This document shows positions 1 to 11,147 of a DNA stretch of 64,000 bases, piece after piece. A program made the translations under genes and the position numbers. Location of the stretch: positions 57,631,729 through 57,695,728 of the forward strand of contig JASCQW010000132.1 in assembly GCA_030264375.1 (NCBI GenBank), given 5' to 3'. Position 1 is the stretch's first letter, and each line of letters begins with the position of its first letter. Origin of the DNA: Carcharhinus longimanus. Taxonomy: Eukaryota. The notes beneath the pieces were generated by a model. The model did no database searches, was not told the DNA's origin, and was given only the letters and a program-made list of their open reading frames with translations.

Positions 1-203
1 CATGAGCAGTGGAAGGCTCCGATCGGAGCTGCAGTGTTTCGGGCGCAATAAACACCATCTACAGGCTTCTACAATGTGACTCAGAATCACTGATTTTTTT
101 CAGGCAGAGTGCGCAGAGGGGCACTGGAGAACAGGTCTAAAAGTTGAATCTAAAACAACTCCCAGATTCAGTACTTAGAATCAAAATGGCAAAATTCGGC
201 CCA
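1..203. mobile_element. End of a non-autonomous DNA transposon (Harbinger-type MITE family)
   Basis: CpG-richer segment ending AAAATTCGGCCC, the terminus type shared by the other TIR elements in the window. Confidence 0.45.
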
Positions 204-364
204 AAGTCTGCAAAAGACACTTTGAAATTTATTTTGTTTAATCTCAGCATGGGTCCTGAGAATCTGCACATGGTAGATACTAGAAGTATGATTCCCAGAG
301 AAGCCTGCCACCTAGAATGAAAATCTGACCTTCTGGGGCAGTTCCTTTGTGGAACTTGGAAAAT

Positions 365-597
365 GGAGGTGATGTTAAACTAAGCTCCCACCTAACTGAA
401 TGTAAACAATGCCCCCGTAATACTCAAAGGACAAGAGTGTTCTCCTGGGGGCCTGATCAATATTTAGCCCTGAACTAAAAAGCTTAATATCTGGTCATTA
501 ATAACATCACTGTTCAGAGGATGTTACTGTGCAGGCCTACATTATGACATTAACCACTTTTCAACAGTATTCTATTATCTCTAAAGCACTTTAGGGC
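365..597 (+). mobile_element. Deu-domain SINE relic (AmnSINE1/SacSINE1-like)
   Basis: gatgttaaac...gttctcctggggg...caatatttagccc...atctggtcatta...ctacattat...taaagcactttaggg follows the recalled Deu-SINE core and tail in order. Confidence 0.6.
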
Positions 598-2126
598 AGA
601 TTCTTCATCTCAGTATGTGAGGAATAGAAAAGCACGTTAGAACAGGTTCTAGAACAATTTAACCAGTGATTTATCAGACTCATTCTAGTTTGTACAATTA
701 ATATTGACTATTTGTTTAGCATCAGATCCACAATGTGATGCCCGACTGATCTTGCCTGTATTTCATGTACGGGAACTGCAAGCTGGAGGTGGATTTCCCA
801 TCATCTGCTGAGGAGGTGGTGAGATATCAAATCAAGACACAAACTGCCTGTTCCACAAACAAAAGGAGCTGACTCAATTTCTGACTAATGTTCACCCTTT
901 AACCAATGTGTGACCACACAGGAGGGCTGATTTGCTTTTGCTTTGCACCAAAGGGAAACTTACTTCCTGATTATTATGCAGAGGGAAAATAAGGAAACAA
1001 CAACAGCATGTTCATGCAGGCCTCCACCCTGCTAGACTTCACATTTCAGGAGTTTCCTTGTGTTTGCTGCATCTTCCATGATCTGTCAGCGGTAATTGTG
1101 TCACCCCCACTACACAGAACAAGCACAAAATAGCATAGTAACGAGATGGGAACGATGCCACCCATTCTGCTGCCTTAATTTCCTTGAGGTCCTAACAGAA
1201 CAGTTGCTACAATAACTGCTCTGGGTGCTTGGCACATCAGAGAAAAAAAAACAGGCTGCAAGCATCCAAGCACCAAAGCTATAAACACCTTTGCTGTCAA
1301 GCAGAACACTAAAATTTTTTGGACTGGCATCTTATCACAGCATCACACTATTGTTACAGCACAACAAGAGGCCATTTGGTCCACCAGCTCCCCAAATGAG
1401 CGTGGTGATTTAGTGCCATTCCCTTGCCTTTTCCCCATACCCTTGCAGATTGTTGGTTGTCCTTTCCATCGCTCCTCTCAGTACCATAACAACTGATGCG
1501 CCAGTGCTAACTTTCTTTCCCTAAGGCAGGGAGCTGGGGAAATGATCAAGTGGACCATATTTTGTGGTCAAGAAATGCACTAATTTGTGAGTACATATTG
1601 ATGGACAGCACATCTCTCCCCAAAGCTTCAAATTATAATGAAATACTCGTCCCTCTCAATCATCACAACTTGCCTTGATGAAATGCTCGCAGCAGTGTGA
1701 GCAGCTTGGTCTGTGGAATTCACCTTCTGAAAGAGATCACCGTTTCACATTTAGATGACAAAACTGCTACCTAGATCTGATTTTTCATTCCAGGATTGGT
1801 ACTTCTATACAGTACCACGTTCAGTAATCCCCTCAAGTCCAACACAAGCAGCAGCATGCACACCTCACCGGTCAGCAAACAGTAAGTTGCCTCCACAATG
1901 CGTTTCCTTTCATTTTATCTCAGCATGGCATTCCTCATAAACTTTCTTCCACTATTAAATAATTAAAATCAGAAAGACTGAAATAATATTTTCCTCAAAC
2001 GTAGGTTAATAATCTTCAAATGCTCACTTTGATTTAAATTGGAACCATGAGTCACAGGTTTTGCACATCCTTTTGAATCAATCTTTCTGAGCACAAACTT
2101 GCCAACATTATAAAATTAGACTCCAA

Positions 2127-2875
2127 GGGTGGAATTTTACTGCCGGTTTACACCAAGCAGTGGGAAAATGCCGTAAAATGGGGCGTAAAGTGGCTAGTGC
2201 GAATGGCGCAGGTTTCTGCGATCAGTGCAATTTTACGAGACCCGGATTTCTGGCGTGGTCAACCTCTCGCCGGAAGTGGGCGAGAGGCTGGTTAATTTAT
2301 TGAAATTTATGGAAATAGTAATTTTAATGTAGTTGTTGAGCCTGATGCTCAATAGTTTGAGCTCACCTGCCTTTATGGCCTCATGGGGAGAGGTTCTCTC
2401 CAGCGAGAAAAACACCTGCGCCCCATGAATGGCAAACAGTCATACTGGCCTCACTGTGGAACCGGAAGACATTGAGGCTCCCCCGGGAGGCCAAATGCAA
2501 GGAGGGGGTGCCCAATGGGGCATCTTCGATCAGTAAGGGGAGGGAGGTGGGGGCTGCATCTCGGGCTGTGAACCCCTGCGAGATTGTTGGGGGTTTGCTA
2601 CTTGAGGCTGCCTGCAGTAGCAGGGCCTGACAGCTCTCTCTATCTGTTAGAACCCTGCTACTGTTAATGCACATGTGCAGTGTTGGAGGTCTTTACGTGC
2701 ACAATACCTCCCACTATAGGCTGTTTGGCAAGGTAAGTCCCGTCCACAGCCTCTCTGGCCAGAAACAGATTAGTCTAAAATTTTAGAGTCAGAATGCATA
2801 AAATGGGGTGTGGAAAATTCGTCAAGAAAATGGACCTAGAACTCTCCCATTTTCAGGCTAGCTGGACACCTGGAA
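2127..2875. mobile_element. Non-autonomous DNA transposon (Harbinger-type)
   Basis: Begins GGGTGGAATTTTAC; GC/CpG-rich island in AT-rich DNA; internal resemblance to the 13408 and 51060 elements. Confidence 0.5.
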
Positions 2876-3149
2876 GTCTGAAATATAAACAGGAAGTGCT
2901 GAAAATACTCAGCAGGACTGGCAGAATTCAATATTTGAAAGACTTAATACAACTAAATTTTACTATTTGCAGTGGTCTACTTTGATGGTGCCAGCAAACG
3001 TGTAACCTTTTGCTCACCAAGATGAATAAAGTCAGCATTATTGGCAATTTCAGCATTTTCAAACCAAATGCAGTTAAGAGTAAATCATAAGTAAAGTTCT
3101 ATTTAAGTCTATCAATGTGCCTCAACTATGACTCCAACAGAAGTACAAC

Positions 3150-3440
3150 ATTATTCTTCTTGTTTTGTTTTTATTCCAATTCAATCCAACCAAGTCCAAT
3201 TCCAGTTGAGACATTCTTGATCCAAGCTGACAAGACAGGGCTCTCGCCTTGTCATGGCTTGATCTACATGATCCAAGCTGATTGGAGTAGGTGTAGCTCC
3301 TCCTACAAGGCTTGCTCTCATTTGCATTTTAGCCAAAAGGCCAAGATGCCGCTTTAGAAAAATTGCTTCAAATGAAGCTGAAATGTAACCTAATGACTTC
3401 AACGAAGTGCAGCATGTCAATACTACACTTGATCTTAGCC
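3150..3440 (-). mobile_element. U2 snRNA-headed retroposed element (SINE-like or U2/U2-targeting-LINE chimera)
   Basis: 3420-3440 reverse complement GGCTAAGATCAAGTGTAGTAT = U2 nt 19-39; 3329-3349 is about U2 nt 4-24 with 2 mismatches; degenerate (TTGGA)n plus AATAAAAACAAAAC tail. Confidence 0.6.
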
Positions 3441-3699
3441 CAATTTCCCTTTTTCATAATAAAAATGCTGTTATTTTTGGAGTGAAGCTGGTAACATATT
3501 TAAGTTCTTGCTGTACAATGAATTCCTGCCCATGACTAGCAGCTCAATCTCTTTTCACGCAGCAAAGAGAGGATGGGGGTTTCCAGCCCACCAATCAGTA
3601 ATAGGTCATGACCTGGGTCTCAAGGATCAGCCAGTCTCCTAACCAACTGTACCAGTGTGATCTAGAGTAAATTCTTTTAATTTGCTACTCTTCACAGCT

Positions 3700-4180
3700 C
3701 AAAGTCAAACAGGACACAAAGATTGCACAGTTGGGTAAAATGAGCAGCTGGGAGGAGGATGGAATTAGCGGACAAGGCTGCTGAGTCTTTGTTGAGACCT
3801 AAACAACATAGTTTTGGTCTTTAAAAGGTTCAGTTGGAGAAAACTTATGTAGTCAGAGGATGTCTGGGTGGTGCCAGGTTTGATAGCAAAGTGACAGACT
3901 GGAAGTGATATTATGCTGACAGGTAATGTCATCTCAAGACAGCAAGTAGATGAGAAAAAGCAGGTCAAGGTTGGAAAATGGGGCACCTCCGTAGTGGGAG
4001 CAGGTGACTGGAGGAGAAGCAACAGCAGGAGATGTGTCAGTTGCAATGGGCAGATGGGTGAGGAACTCGGCAATATAAGTTGTATTAAACAACAATACAG
4101 AGGAGAAACAGAGGAAGAAGATGGAGTGTCAACAACATTGAGTTCCCAAATTCAAAGAGGGCAATGAGAATTGATGTATC
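3700..4180 (-). mobile_element. Old L2-type LINE fragment (RT region)
   Basis: Purine-rich plus strand with remnants resembling the reverse complement of RT PQGS/YADD-region sequence; no open frame. Confidence 0.4.
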
Positions 4181-5149
4181 ACAGCTCCAAAAAGAAATCA
4201 CGTCTTTGGTAACTTTAACTTGGGGCGGGGAGGGGATGGAAATTGAGGGCCTGGGTAGAAGTTGAGATGGTGTACACTCAATGGACCGAATGCCTTTCTT
4301 CTGCACTGTACGGATCTTGAGGGCAGTCATTCAGATATATTGCATGCAAGGAAAATAAACAAAATAATGAATTAATGCTACTCCTTACACTTGTATAGTA
4401 ACTGGGAGAATATTTTAACTTATGATTCTGTATTTGGAGGAAAAGTTGCAATTCCTTCATACTTATTGGTCAAATCATAATGCATTGTTAAAGGAAGTGA
4501 CTTGTGGACTCCGAACATTGACATTCAAGGTAAGAAAAAGGAAAGCTCACAGCATGAAAACTGAATTGATAAAGCAAAATTGTAACCAGCTATTATTAAA
4601 GAAATGATTAAATCAAGATGTGTGATGTTTGGCTTGAAAAGTTATTAAAAATGTGTAATTCCAAACACAATATCTCATTGTACAATACTCCAGTTTGGGC
4701 TTTTTTTAAAATTAAGTAGTGAATGACTCCGTATTATAATCAGGAACATCTACATTCCATGAACACTCTGATGAAAATTCAATAATAAACAAAAAATATA
4801 ATCAACAAGGCTAGCAAAAAACATTTAGAGACATTTTTCAACCAAAATATGAATTTTCAGATAAAATCTCCTAATGCGTCAAAACACACGCAAGTTAAGG
4901 GGAAAATCCTAAGAGTCCTGAGATACAAGACATAATTATGCAGAAACATTCCTTTGTAAGTCGAGCAGTAGCATTGTTACTTTAAATGTGCAGGCTGTTT
5001 TCTGGGTTTAAAATAGAAAAAGCAGAAGCATGAATGCCATGAAGCCCTTGTACTATATGTAAGTCACTGTGCTTTAGACCAATTAAGTTCACTAAATAAT
5101 CAAGGTTGGTAAGGTATGCAACAAGTATTCATCTGCTCAGGAAGTCAAA

Positions 5150-8100
5150 TATCTTAAAATTGTTTCCTTGTAATGACGGAAAAATCCTTAACCTTCAGAA
5201 AGCAACATACTGCTTTGTAGCACTGAACATGTTGCTGTATTGTATTCTGGAAACTCCAGGATGCTTCCCATGTCCTGGATAACCATTTGTGCAGGAAAGT
5301 GCCATCGGTTGCAGCTGATTGAATTCTGCGTTTCGGAACCTGGACAACAGTTGGGGTCACTATGGTGCATCCCTGAGGTTGACAGCTTTGTGAATAGCAC
5401 ATTTACAGTTGTGGTAAGCCCGCAACTGAAGAGTGTGCAGGGAGATATGAGATGTATGGCCGTCAGACAGGCAAAAAGAAACAGACAGGTAGTACAGGAG
5501 TCCTCGGAGTACATTTCACTCTCCAATCAGTATTCCATACTGAATATTAATGAGAGCAATAGTTCATTGGGGAATGCAGCCAGAGCCAATTTCATGACAC
5601 TATGAGAGGCTCAGCTGTACAGGGTGATACAATCTGATAGATGATTTGATAGTTCGGGGGATAGTTAGGCTGCAGACATGAATCCAGGACGCTGTGTTGC
5701 TTCTCTGCTGCCATGGTCAAGAATATCACTGAGCAGCAGTACAGCACCCTGAGGCGTGTGCAGGGTGAACATCTGACAGTCATGGTCCACAACAGTGCAA
5801 ACAGCATAGGCAGAAAGAGGAGTGTGGTCCTAAAATTAGGGAGCTAGGTAGGAAATTAGCCAGTAGGACCTCAAAATCAGTAATTTCAAGATTATACCCA
5901 AAACCAAATGCAAGTCAGTATAGAAAAAGATAAACCAGATGAATGATGGGCTGGAAGAATGTTGTGGTGAGGGAGGGAGGAGGCTTTAGATTCCTGGGAC
6001 ATTGGAACTGGCTCTGAAGGAGATCGGACCAGAACAGGGAAGACAGGTTGCACCTAAAGAGAGCCAGGACTGAATTCCTTGTGGGTTGATTTTGTAGTGT
6101 CATGGGAAATGTTTAGAACTAATTTGGCAATGGTGTGGAAACCAGGAGATAATATCAGAGAGGAATACCAAGGTGCACAGGATACGAGGATTTATAGATA
6201 ATGCTACATATAATGAATAATACGTAAATGAGGGAGGGGGTCACGCTAAGGGACAAAGTAATAAAGACCAAATCAGGGTTACTATCCATTTATGTAAATG
6301 CATGGAGTGTGGTGAATAAGATTGGTGAGTTACAGGTACAGAGTGCCATTTGAAAATAAGTGTTGCAGCTATCACAGAGACTAGGCTCAAAGAAAGGTGT
6401 GTTATGTATTCCCGGATACAAGGTGTTCAGGAAAAGATAGGAAAGAAAAAAAGGTGAGGCGGTGGTTTGATTAAGGAGAATATTGCAATGCCGGTGAAAG
6501 AAGATGCCCCAGAGGGATCAAGGGCAGAATCCGTTTAGCTAGTGCTAAGAAATAAAAAAAAGTGCAATTACATTTGGCGATGTAGTGTTTATGCCACCAG
6601 CTAGTGAGAAGGATGTAGAGGACCAAATTTGTAAGAATGTTACAGAGGCTTGTAGAAATTATAAATTTGTTATATTGGGAGACTTTAATCATCTGATAAA
6701 GGGCAGAGAAGGGCAAGAGGTCCGAGTGTGCCTTCAGGAGAATTTTTAGCATCAGTTTGTTTCCAGTCCAATCAGACAGGAGGCACTGATAGACTTGCTT
6801 CTTGGGAATGAGATGAAGCAACTGTCAGCAGGAGACCTTTGAGAGAACAATGATCATTGTTTTTTGTTGGCCTAAATCTTATAATTCAATCCAGGATAAG
6901 AATAGTTAACTGGGAAAAGGCAACTTCAATGGGATAAGAAAAGATCTAAGCCAAATTAACTGTCGTCAAAAGTTGGCAGGAAAAGCTGTGTTGAACAATG
7001 TACTACCTCCAACGGAGAGATAGTTTAGGCACATTCAAGGTACATTACTTCAAAAGGGAACGACAGGGTAAACAAAGTCAGAGCCCCCTATCCCAAAAGA
7101 GATGCAAATTAAGATAAAGAACCAAAAGTATGCTTATGACAGACATCAGATAAAAAATACAATTGAGAACCAGGTGGAACATACAAGGTTCAGGGAAAGT
7201 GAAAAGGCAAATAACAAAAGCTAAGAGAGAGTCTGAAAAATGACTGACAGCCAGCACAAAAGGGAATCCCAAAATCTCCTACAGGTATATAAATAGTAAA
7301 AAGGTGGTAAGAGGAGGAGTGGGAACACTTATGAACCAAAACGAGGATTTATACATGGAGGCATTGGGCATAGTCGTGGTATTAAATGAGTCTTCTACAA
7401 TTGCCTTTGTCAAGCACGATATTGTTACCCAGTTCATAGTGAAAGTGGAGGTAATTTAGACATGAGAAGCGTTTAAAATTGTTAGAGATGGTATTGGATA
7501 CGTTGTCTGTACTTAAAAGTTGATAAGGCACCAGCACCACAAAAGATGCATCCAAGGATAATGAAAGAGAGCATGGAAATTATGAAGTCACTGGCCATGA
7601 TTTTCCATTCTTCCTTAGACACGGTGTGGTGCCAGAGAAAGGGGGAATTACATGAAATGATTGTTTGAAAGGGTAACTATAATTCAGTCAGTTTAACTTT
7701 GGTGGTGTAAAAATTTCTAGAAACAATAATTCAGATCAAAATAGTCACATGGTCAAATGCTAGTTAAGGAAACTCTGCATGGTTTTCTTCACGGAAAATT
7801 GTACTTAATTCACTTTCTGGAGTGTTTTGAAGAAGTAACAAAGAGGGCAGATGGGGCAATGCTGTTGATGAGGTGTACATGAATTTCAAAAAGGCATTTG
7901 AGGCAGTGCCATATAACAGACTAGTGAACAAAGTTACAGCTCATGGAATAAAAGGGACAGCGGTGAGATGGATATGGAATTGACTGAGTGACAGGAGGGT
8001 AGTAATTAATGAATGCTTTTCGGGCAGGAAAAGATTAGTGGAATTCCCCAGGGGTCAGTGTTGGGATTCATCCCTTTCTGATATACGTTAATGACCTAGA

Positions 8101-8540
8101 CCTTGGAGTACATGACACAATTTCAAAGCTGCAGATGATACGGAACTTGGAAGCATTGTGAACTGTGAGAAGTATAGTCTAGAACTCCAAAATGATTATG
8201 TAGACCAGTTGGTGCAATGGATGACAGGTGGTAGATGAAGTTCAATGTGGAGAAGTGTAAAGTGATGGATTTTGGTAGGAAGGACATGGAGCAACAATAT
8301 AAAAATGCTCTAAACAGGGCACTGGAATACAGGGACCTGGATGTCGATTTGCATACATTATTGCGGGTGACAAGACAGGTTGATATGCAGTTAATAAAGC
8401 ATACAGAATCCTAGACTTCATTAATAGGGGCACACAGTACAAGAGCAAGAAGGTTTGGTTAAACTTATATAAAACACTGGTTCAGTCTCAGCTGGAATAT
8501 TGCATCTAGTTCTGAGCACCATGCTTTAGGAAGGATTGCA
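5150..8540 (+). mobile_element. Near full-length decayed CR1-clade LINE (ORF1 plus endonuclease/RT ORF2, many stops and frameshifts)
   Basis: ORF 5240-5605 resembles CR1 ORF1 (C..KC..LQ...RQVVQES...LSNQYSIL); esterase-like remnant 5620-6130; endonuclease start about 6290 (NA.SVVNKIGELQ; AITET); RT PQGSVLG at about 8047 and ADD at 8131; LYKTLV...LEYC near 8465. Confidence 0.88.
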
Positions 8541-9116
8541 AAAACCCTACATTTACAACACATATCTCTTTATAAATTGCTTAGCAGTCTGTCTTTTCTT
8601 GTTCCTTAATTCAGGTCTGTATAAGTGAAATTTGAGCTGTTAATTTCCTAAACTGTAAATTGGCATTCCTGGAAATAGCTTGCTGCCGATGCTTGGAAAC
8701 TTGTAGGCAGTATGCCCAAAATTTCCTGATACTTGTGATTAGTGGAGACTTGAAACTAGACCCTTTGATGTTCTCAAGTCACAAATTAGAGCTGAGGTTT
8801 TCTTTTTGTTGCCTCCAATTTTTAATCTGCAACATTTCAAACTGGTTTCAAGCTACCTTTCAATTCTCCCTTCATGGTTCAGCCAAATTCAAGTCCAGTT
8901 TAAACTAAGTTAATTGACTGCAGGGTAACAAAAGGAGAGCAGCAAATGGCTCCAGAAAAAGAAAATGGAGCAAGGATCAAGATTTCCACACCTCATCATT
9001 AACTGGAGAACTGCACTAAATGAAGATTAGGTGACCAGTACTAAGTGAGGTTCGGGTGTCAGCAATGGAAGCTAATGTGATATCTCCTATGCTGAAATAG
9101 CCTGCCAACACTCATA

Positions 9117-9241
9117 GGCCGGAATTCACATGAGTGGGATTCTCTGGTCTCGCTGCAGTAAAAGGGGATTTAGCTGACTGCCAAATTGTTTGCCCTTGCT
9201 TGCAGTGGCAACGGAGCATGAATGACTGGAAAATTCAGGCC
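9117..9241. mobile_element. Short MITE
   Basis: Imperfect terminal inverted repeats GGCCGGAATT ... AATTCAGGCC. Confidence 0.5.
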
Positions 9242-9271
9242 ACATTAAAAGATTACACAGAACCACAGAGT

Positions 9272-9600
9272 GGGCGGCATGGTGGCACAGCAGTTAGCAC
9301 TGCTGCCTCACAGTTCCAGGGACCTGGGTTCGATTTCCGGCTTGGGTCACTGTCTGTGTGGAATTTGCATGTTCTCCCCGTGCCTGTATGGATTTCCTCC
9401 GAGTGCTCTGGTTTCCTCCCACAGTCCAAAGATATGTGGGTTAGGTTTGATTGGCCAAGCTAAATTCTCCATCAGTGTCAGGGGTGCTAGCAGGGTAAAT
9501 ATGTGGGGTTAAGGGGATAAGGTCTGGGCGGGATTGTGGTGGGTGCCAGAATCGATGGACCGAATGGCCTCCTTCTGCCCTGTTGGGATTCTGCAATTCT
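9272..9600 (+). mobile_element. HE1/V-SINE (tRNA-derived), CR1-type tail
   Basis: GGGCGGCATGGTGGCACAGCAGTTAGCACTGCTGCC (A box), GGGTTCGATTTCC (B box), V-domain TTCTCCCCGTG...TTTCCTCCCACAGTCCAAAGA, tail GAATGGCCTCCTTCTG. Confidence 0.9.
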
Positions 9601-10046
9601 GTCTGAGTTTTGTGTTGAACATGGTCTCATTGAACAATGTTCATTATTGGGTCACCTTGAATTTTTGTAACCTGAATTTTCACTCGCGCAAGCAGCAAAC
9701 TCATTCATGCACCAAGTACACATTCGAAAATGCTTCTGGCTTATGCTGAGAAGGAGCGCACTTCCTTACAGTCAGTACTTTTCTTTTGAACAGCTGCTGT
9801 GCCATCAGCAACTCTCATTTCATTAGGAAGATCAAAGGGGCAGTGGTGCACAGGAGTAAATTTATAATTAAGCGACAGCATATGCATACCTGTACTGCGG
9901 TCCAACACTCAGCATAGGGTGGGGAAAGCTAAGGAAATGGTGTTCTTCACTCAGCCGAATCTCTCATGTATGATATGCGTATCAAGTCCTTCCTGCTATT
10001 TGAGGTATTGATGCAAGTTGTTCCTTTGTTGAAGAAAATGTTTGGT

Positions 10047-10122
10047 ATAAGAACATAAGAACATAAGAAATAGGAGCAGGAGTAGGCCATCTAGCCCCTC
10101 GAGCCTGCCCCGCCATTCAATA
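10047..10122 (-). mobile_element. 3' end of a young CR1-type LINE running into an assembly gap
   Basis: (CATAAGAA)n tail plus ATAGGAGCAGGAGTAGGCCATCTAGCCC, nearly identical to 25779-25854. Confidence 0.8.
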
Positions 10123-10222
10123 NNNNNNNNNNNNNNNNNNNNNNNNNNNNNNNNNNNNNNNNNNNNNNNNNNNNNNNNNNNNNNNNNNNNNNNNNNNNNN
10201 NNNNNNNNNNNNNNNNNNNNNN

Positions 10223-10462
10223 TCCCCGTGCCTGTATGGATTTCCTCCGAGTGCTCTGGTTTCCTCCCACAGTCCAAAGATATGTGGGTTAGGTTGATTG
10301 GCCATGATAAATAGTTCCTTAGTTTCCAGGGATGCGTAGATTAGAGGGATTAGAGTGGTAAACATGTAGAGTTGCAGGGATATGGCCTGGGTGGGATTGT
10401 TGTCAGTGAAGCTTGATGGGCTGAATGGTCTCTTTTTGTACTGCAGGTTTTCTATAATTCTA
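10223..10462 (+). mobile_element. HE1/V-SINE, 5' part in gap
   Basis: V-domain and CR1-type tail (GGGCTGAATGGTCTC...TTCTAT). Confidence 0.85.
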
Positions 10463-10794
10463 TTGAGCAGTTGGATGTGTTACTGGTGGCCACCCACATC
10501 TGTGTCCAGCAAAGGATTAGTAGCTTCAGTAAAGGAATGAAAAACGGCAGAAAACAAATCAACAAGACCAAATAAATGGCATAAATTAATTATTTGTACT
10601 CAACATACTTTGTTCCTATAGATTGATTCATGCACGTATAAAAAGTTAAAAGGAAGATGGGAAGTCATGCACGACATTTTAAAATCTAAAAGTGTTTGAC
10701 TTGGAATAAATCAACTGAGAAGGCTATTTCAGCAGAGAGCTTAAATGGAGTTAAAAAAATAATGGGAAGTAATTTTAAAAACTTAAACGTTTGA

Positions 10795-11147
10795 AGACGG
10801 CACAGTAGTTAGCATTGCTACCTCACAATGTCAGGAACCAGGGTCTGATTCCAGCCCTGAGTGATTGTCTGTGTGGAGTTTACATGTTCTCCTTGTGGCT
10901 GAATGGGTTTCCTCCGGGTGCTCCGGTTTCCTCCAAAGCTTTGCAGGGTAGGTGGATTGGCCATGCTAAATTGCTTCTTAGTGTCTCAAGACGTGTAGAT
11001 TAGGGAAGTTAGAGGAATAATTGTATGGAGCTAGGGGATCGGGCGGGGGTGGTGGGCTTGGGTAAGATACTATGTCAGAGACTCAGTGCAGACTCAATGG
11101 ATTGAATGATCTCCTTCTGCACTGTAAGGATGCTATGATATCCTATG
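10795..11147 (+). mobile_element. HE1/V-SINE, CR1-type tail
   Basis: GGCACAGTAGTTAGCATTGCTACCTCAC head, V-domain, tail CTCCTTCTGCACTGTAAGGATGCTATG. Confidence 0.85.

Noticed and set aside
3420-3440. Functional U2 snRNA gene
   Set aside because: Only nt 19-39 plus a separate 4-24 copy are present; no Sm site or 3' stem-loops
9272-9345. tRNA genes at SINE heads
   Set aside because: A and B boxes are present but run directly into SINE bodies; no complete cloverleaf
9890-9928. 39-nt micro-exon candidate (tttccttag|...GTACAG|gtatgc) on the minus strand
   Set aside because: In the required phase 1 it reads into TGA after six codons and shows no tensin similarity; it could only be a poison exon and nothing supports that
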